From Basidiobolus meristosporus CBS 931.73 (Eukaryota; Fungi; Basidiobolomycota), in the NCBI GenBank assembly GCA_002104905.1, contig MCFE01000078.1, positions 62,001 through 126,000 on the forward strand: 64,000 bases of DNA, in the 5' to 3' direction. The notes below the pieces were generated by a model. The model was not told where the DNA came from. It searched no databases and was given only the letters and a program-made list of their open reading frames with translations. The position numbers were made by a program, and so were the translations under genes. Positions 59,067 through 64,000 of this stretch are shown piece after piece; the first letter of the stretch is position 1; each line of letters opens with the position of its first letter.

Positions 59067-59254
59067 TACAACCAAGAACGTACGCCGCATTATAAATATA
59101 TCCACAGCATTGTCAAATTGTGGGATTTATATTAGCAGCCAAATTTGAATGATATTCCTTTTGACCCTGTCACAACATCCCCCAAATATCCTGATCTAGC
59201 GATGTTTGTTTGGGTTGCACTCGAGTGTACTCATGACTGCTTAGAAAACAGAAT

Positions 59255-59280
59255 CACACACACACACACACACACACACA
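59255..59280. repeat. (CA)13 microsatellite
   Basis: Seen directly. Confidence 0.95.
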
Positions 59281-59349
59281 GAGACTAGCAGTGGCTTTCA
59301 TTTTGTCGAATTTTTCAAGTTTATATGTATTCGTAGGTAGTTTATGTAG

Positions 59350-59582
59350 GGATATACTCCAATTCCGTAATGGCAACGGTCATCGCATGACACTGCGTTA
59401 CCAGATGAGCAGAACTGGAAGGCCCAAGTTGGGATTCTCTTGACAACGGGAACGCGGAATCAGAAACGGGATTTTCTAAAGCCGAACTTAATGTTGTCTT
59501 GGATTTTAGTTCACGAAGAAACAACCATGGACAGGCCAGTGAATTTATAGGGATCCATATAATTAGTGAACCTCATGGGATT
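59350..59582. repeat. Third partial copy of the duplicated block (matches 55375..55607)
   Basis: 233-bp match that extends beyond the point where copy B stops. Confidence 0.9.
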
Positions 59583-59868
59583 GGATTGGATGCGAAATTT
59601 CCTGATCAACCGTTACAGTTCCAATTCCCCTGTATAACAGGTGGACAGAAGAACCCTTGAATCTGAACCTTGGTCCTTCCACACTACGCACCATCATCCT
59701 TCACTCATATCCAACCAACCATTTTGTTACCAACGATAAATGTTATAGACAATTACCCATTCTTTATTGAAAACATCGATTATTTGTACATAAAATCAGG
59801 GTCTAAATTAGATCATTGAATAATGGTTACAATTCATCAAGGATGAATGAATGGGTCGGATAGGTAAT

Positions 59869-62058
59869 TTAGTAACTTCTGCCGAACAAGGTCCAGCGCT
59901 TAGCGTCAGCACCACAAGCGGCACACTTGGTGACCCCGGGGACGATGGGCTTGTCTTGGGGTTGCTCTAAGGGGATGCAGAGGGATTTGGCTCCCATGGA
60001 TGGGGCTCTCTCGTCCTCAGCCTCATCCTCTTGCTCCTCGTTACGGGAGCTCTTCTCCTTAATGTCATCCTCACATTGGACTTCCTCACACCAGGGGATC
60101 ATCACGGAGCAGCGGGAGTTCAAGGCAGGAACGAAGTCCTTCCACTCGGTGACGTATTTCACGTGTGCGTCGCGAACAGCCTTGGCACTCTCGAACATAT
60201 CCTTTTGAATGGTTTGCAAAAGAGCAGGAACATCGGTAGCAAGAGAAGCCATGGGAATAGGTGCCTTCTTACCGTTGTCACGACGGACTGAGAGAGTGGA
60301 CTTCTTGGCAAGGTCCATGGGGCCGATTTCAAGACGAAGTGGAGTACCACGGAGTTCCCAGTGGTTGAACTTGTATCCGGGAGTGTAGTTCTCTCTCAAA
60401 TCAGCCTTGGCTCTAACGCCGACAGACTTGAGGATCTTCACAACCTCCTTGACACCCTCCTCAACGTTACGTCTGTCTTCGTCGGTACTCTTAACGGTAA
60501 GACCGCAAGGAACGACGATGACTTGGGTGGAGGCAACTCTAGGTGGGATAATCAAACCCTTGTCGTCACCGTGAACCATCACCATGACACCAATGGTACG
60601 GGTGGTGATGCCCCAGGAGTTCTGCCAGACGAACAACTTCTTGGCTTCAGCGTCATCACCGGCATTGGCAGGAGCGTTAGGGTCTTCAACGGTGATGTTG
60701 AACATCTTGGCGAAGTTTTGTCCCAAGCAGTGACTGGTGGCACCCTGAATACCACGTCCGGTGGTGGGGATGAAGCCTTCCACGGTGGTGGTGTAGAGGC
60801 CACCGGCGAACTTCTCCTTCTCGGATTTGATGCCCTTAATGACGGGAACAGCCAAAAGGTCCTCGTAGACTTGGCGGTAGAGATCCAAGATCTGGAAGAC
60901 TTCCTCACTAGCAAGTTCCTTGGTCAGGTGAGCGGTGTGGCCCTCCTGCCAGAGAAATTCTCTGGTACGAAGGAAAGGTTGAGGGTGCTTGAATTCCCAA
61001 CGAACAACATTACACCATTGGTTAATCTTGAGAGGAAGGTCACGATGACTACGAATCCACTTGGCAAAGTAAGGATACATGACAGTCTCGGAGGTGGGAC
61101 GGATGGCAATGGGCTCATCTAAATCAGAGGAACCAGCCTTGGTGACCCAAGCGACCTCAGGAGCGAATCCTTCGACGTGATCCTTCTCCTTCTCAAGAAC
61201 CTTAGATGAGACAAACATAGGGAAGTAGGTGTTCTCGACACCCAACTCTTGGATCTCGGCATCGAAGAAATCGGTGATGTATTTCCAGATGTTGTAGGCC
61301 AAGGGTCTGATAATGTAACATCCGCTGACGTCGTAGTACTCGAGCATTTCACTCTTGGTGACCACCTGTTGGTACCACTTGGGGAAATCGACCTCCTTTT
61401 TATACTCGATTCCAATCTTGACGCTGTCTTCCTCTGGCTTGGGCTTTTGGGCTTTGGTGGCGGCCTTAGGTGCCTTAGGTTGCTGAGGCTTGGCGGCAGG
61501 GGCTTCGGCAGCCAAGGCCTTGAAGTCAACTTCAGTGTATTTGGCGGAGGAGCTCTCGAGATATTTCTTGATCTCAGCGAGAGTAAGGAAAGTGGTCTTT
61601 TCGGAGGCAGATGGATGGAACCCGATGAGGGTTCCCTGGTCAACACTTAAAAGAGCAGCATCGACGACGAGATGAACGTTGCTGATGTTCTCGGCCGAGA
61701 CGTTTTCAAGAGCAAAAGGAGAGGTAGCCTCCTTGGTAACCCCAAAGAAACTGCTCAACAAATCCTCGTTGGCAAAACGAAGATCCTTCAAACTGAGTTT
61801 TTTACCCAAGGCGGACATGTTGGTCTCGGTGGATTCCAAGGCAACAACCATCACGGGGGTCACTGGAGCATTCTTGGCGGTCTTGGGCTTGAGAACCAAG
61901 GTCTTGGTCAAGACATAGGTGCTGGGAAGGGAGGCTTGATCGCATTGGCCTAGAGCCTCGCTCCATTCAGCATTGTTCTTGACAGGTTCGTGGTCCACAA
62001 CCTTAGGTGAAATGCTAAGCGAAGTGAAACGGTCAACAACAGATTGAAAAGTAGCCAT
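59869..62058 (-). CDS. Cytosolic prolyl-tRNA synthetase with N-terminal YbaK/ProX-like domain, single exon, 729 aa
   Basis: KTLVLKPK...DLRFA (YbaK-like), [51 protein letters not shown] and C-terminal LFGRSY. Confidence 0.97.
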   Translation of the reverse strand: MATFQSVVDRFTSLSISPKVVDHEPVKNNAEWSEALGQCDQASLPSTYVLTKTLVLKPKTAKNAPVTPVMVVALESTETNMSALGKKLSLKDLRFANEDLLSSFFGVTKEATSPFALENVSAENISNVHLVVDAALLSVDQGTLIGFHPSASEKTTFLTLAEIKKYLESSSAKYTEVDFKALAAEAPAAKPQQPKAPKAATKAQKPKPEEDSVKIGIEYKKEVDFPKWYQQVVTKSEMLEYYDVSGCYIIRPLAYNIWKYITDFFDAEIQELGVENTYFPMFVSSKVLEKEKDHVEGFAPEVAWVTKAGSSDLDEPIAIRPTSETVMYPYFAKWIRSHRDLPLKINQWCNVVRWEFKHPQPFLRTREFLWQEGHTAHLTKELASEEVFQILDLYRQVYEDLLAVPVIKGIKSEKEKFAGGLYTTTVEGFIPTTGRGIQGATSHCLGQNFAKMFNITVEDPNAPANAGDDAEAKKLFVWQNSWGITTRTIGVMVMVHGDDKGLIIPPRVASTQVIVVPCGLTVKSTDEDRRNVEEGVKEVVKILKSVGVRAKADLRENYTPGYKFNHWELRGTPLRLEIGPMDLAKKSTLSVRRDNGKKAPIPMASLATDVPALLQTIQKDMFESAKAVRDAHVKYVTEWKDFVPALNSRCSVMIPWCEEVQCEDDIKEKSSRNEEQEDEAEDERAPSMGAKSLCIPLEQPQDKPIVPGVTKCAACGADAKRWTLFGRSY

Positions 62059-62492
62059 GGAGGAAGAAACTGGTTGTGTCGAAGGAAAGTTTATTTCAGT
62101 TCCAAGCGTTTACCAGAGGCACTACCCTCTCTTGAATCAATCCCAAGAGAAAAAAAACCAATTAGAGGGCACATGCCCGGAGTAAGTATTTTTTTCGACC
62201 AGTAACTGGTCAGTTGGTTAGGTGGGAATTTTTAGTAACTTGGGTAAATCAGGCATGATTTGTGATTTTATTAATCGAATGGACGGCTAGCCAAATTAGA
62301 CGTCGGTTGATTATCCTGATCGATGGTGGCTTGCTGCATAGGTGAACTCTAATATATTAATTTACAAAGTACAGGGAAATACAAAGAGAGTAAAATAATA
62401 GAAAACATGGATACAATGGTGAGACCGAACTTAAATACATCAAACATGCTTAACTTTACATAGAATAGGGCCGATTCACTTTCTGACTCCCG

Positions 62493-63607
62493 TCATACCA
62501 TGGCCGACTTCTCCGGGCCGTTATCTGAAGGCACGGTAGTGATTTCGCCACCGAGGCTATTTTTCGCCCGGATCTTGTTCCTTAGTGCCTCCATAACCTC
62601 CGCATGAGATAGTGACCGACCACGTTTTTTCGCGGTGCTCTCCTGATAGATAGGCTCTAGACCATTGTCTGACTTACTATCGAGTTGTGAAGAGCCTCGT
62701 TTTTTCGGTGGTGAAGGAAACTGCCTTGGGGTGCGTAAGGGCTGCGAGCTTGCGCGATTGGCCAAAGTACTGTTAATTATCAACCTGTTTGCCGGATGAG
62801 TGGTGTTTTGGAGTACTGTTGTCTGCCGATGCAGATTTGTCGGAGTCCCGATGGCACTGAGGCGGGCTGCACCCACCAGTGAGGTGGACTTCGAAGGCGT
62901 CGTAGATCCTGGGATAAGTCCAGACAGGGCTCCGTATGAATCTATCACAACCCTAAATATACCGCTAGTCAGTCAGGCAGGCTGAAATACAAGCATCCGG
63001 GTCAGAATATATTACCTTGACGTATACAAATCATCAGCTATGTGGTGGATATGAAAGTAGGTAAGCATCCGATATTAACAGGTGAATGTGCAATTACTAT
63101 ATATACCGATGGGAGTCGAATAACCAACACCTATCCTTCGTTGCTCTCTCACAATCTCCAGATCGAGCAACCTTGACTCGAGAATGAGTTTTTCAGCGGC
63201 GCGTCGCTCTGCTTCACATACTCTCTGCAATCAACATGTCAGTTAAACCAATCATCGGCCGGAAGAGTATCTGGCAATCTTACATTATCTTCCGCGATTT
63301 TCGCATCGAGCACAAGCTGTAACAAATCAGGCTTATCAGCATACTGTCGAAGAATCTCCCGCAGAGAGCAATGGGCGAAGGTGAGGGCACCCGTGAGTTG
63401 AGCGCTGGCATCCACACTTGCCTGCAAATACACTTGCATCAAGTGTGTCTGCACCTCTTGTGCTTGGTGGTGCTGAGTATGCTGGAATTGTTCTTGTTGT
63501 AGTTGTAGATGCAATTGCTGCTGTATGTCAGGGTGAGCCTGACCCTCGGAAAAATAATGATGTTCGATAGCCGTCGAGGCAGGCGTGGTGGGTGGAAAGT
63601 TATTCAT
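62493..63607 (-). CDS. Uncharacterised Gln-rich, low-complexity protein, multi-exon
   Basis: Exon 1 is MNNFPPTTPAST..QQQLHLQLQQEQ..ILRQYADKPDLLQLVLDAKIAEDN, then a GT-AG intron to RVCEAERRAAEKLILE. The last exon has HAEVMEALRNKI. Internal junctions and the 3' end are uncertain. Confidence 0.65.
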
Positions 63608-64000
63608 ATCTGTCGCAGTAAACGCTGCAAACTTTATCACACAACCTCCGGGCAAAGCAACCAACGACAGACAAAGAAGATAAAAATAAGGGATCCTAGG
63701 AGGGGTAGGGAATTATTTATATTTGAAACCGACGATTATTTTGGATTAGCTTGGACTGCTGGATAATGCACGCATTTATTATCGCTACAATACCCGCGAA
63801 TTTACCGTTTCAAGACGTGGTTTGAATGCTTCAAAAAGACACCGGAGGGGATTCCCATCGATTGGTCGGTATATATATTGGAGCTGGTCTCAACGCCAAT
63901 TTCCATAACAACTAGGATACTTCCACTAATACAGTAGTTCGGCACACTGGTGGGATAATTGGCGGATATTTATAGATAGCGACAAGCAATGAGTATTTGG

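Noticed and set aside
60361-61953. Several long plus-strand ORFs (up to 253 aa)
   Set aside because: Antisense shadows of the codon-biased ProRS gene.
61400-62058. YbaK/ProX-like domain fused to ProRS
   Set aside because: Known architecture of fungal cytosolic ProRS.
1-64000. CRISPR arrays, rRNA, tRNA, intact transposons
   Set aside because: No repeat-spacer arrays, tRNA or rRNA signatures, or transposase/RT/integrase ORFs seen by eye. The 302-bp inverted repeats enclose host genes and contain coding sequence, so they are not transposon TIRs.

Overview
Eukaryotic genomic DNA from a fungus: short GT-AG introns, mostly 45-120 nt, and fungal-type housekeeping genes. The gene content, a minor (U12-type) intron and secreted-protein expansions suggest an early-diverging, non-Dikarya fungus such as Basidiobolus or a relative. 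That placement is inference. Core genes: LCB2, GNA1, GPC1, long-chain alcohol oxidase, rhomboid, Rom/Rgf-type RhoGEF, CUL3, RPS6, QCR7, a Mdr1/Gyp2-like TBC GAP, CSM3/SWI3, two SLC25 carriers, heme oxygenase and ProRS. A U1 snRNA gene at 7471-7635 is invisible to the ORF track. There are two accessory zones. (1) 10.4-19.2 kb holds five genes with complete coding frames plus one decayed copy of an 8-Cys secreted, probably GPI-anchored family; all share a 76-nt/90-nt exon layout, and a 302-bp near-perfect inverted repeat gives two divergent members the same promoter and signal peptide. (2) 53.4-59.6 kb holds a duplicated pair of a DM9-repeat lectin-like gene and a PPAY-motif membrane protein, plus a DM9 pseudogene. 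Other highlights are a textbook AT-AC U12-type intron inside the transmembrane segment of a cell-surface sensor-like gene, a candidate KASH (LINC complex) protein, and intergenic fossils of conserved genes (PSF2, a CDC40/WDR25-like WD40). I saw no rRNA, tRNA, CRISPR array or intact transposon. All exon models were read by hand.
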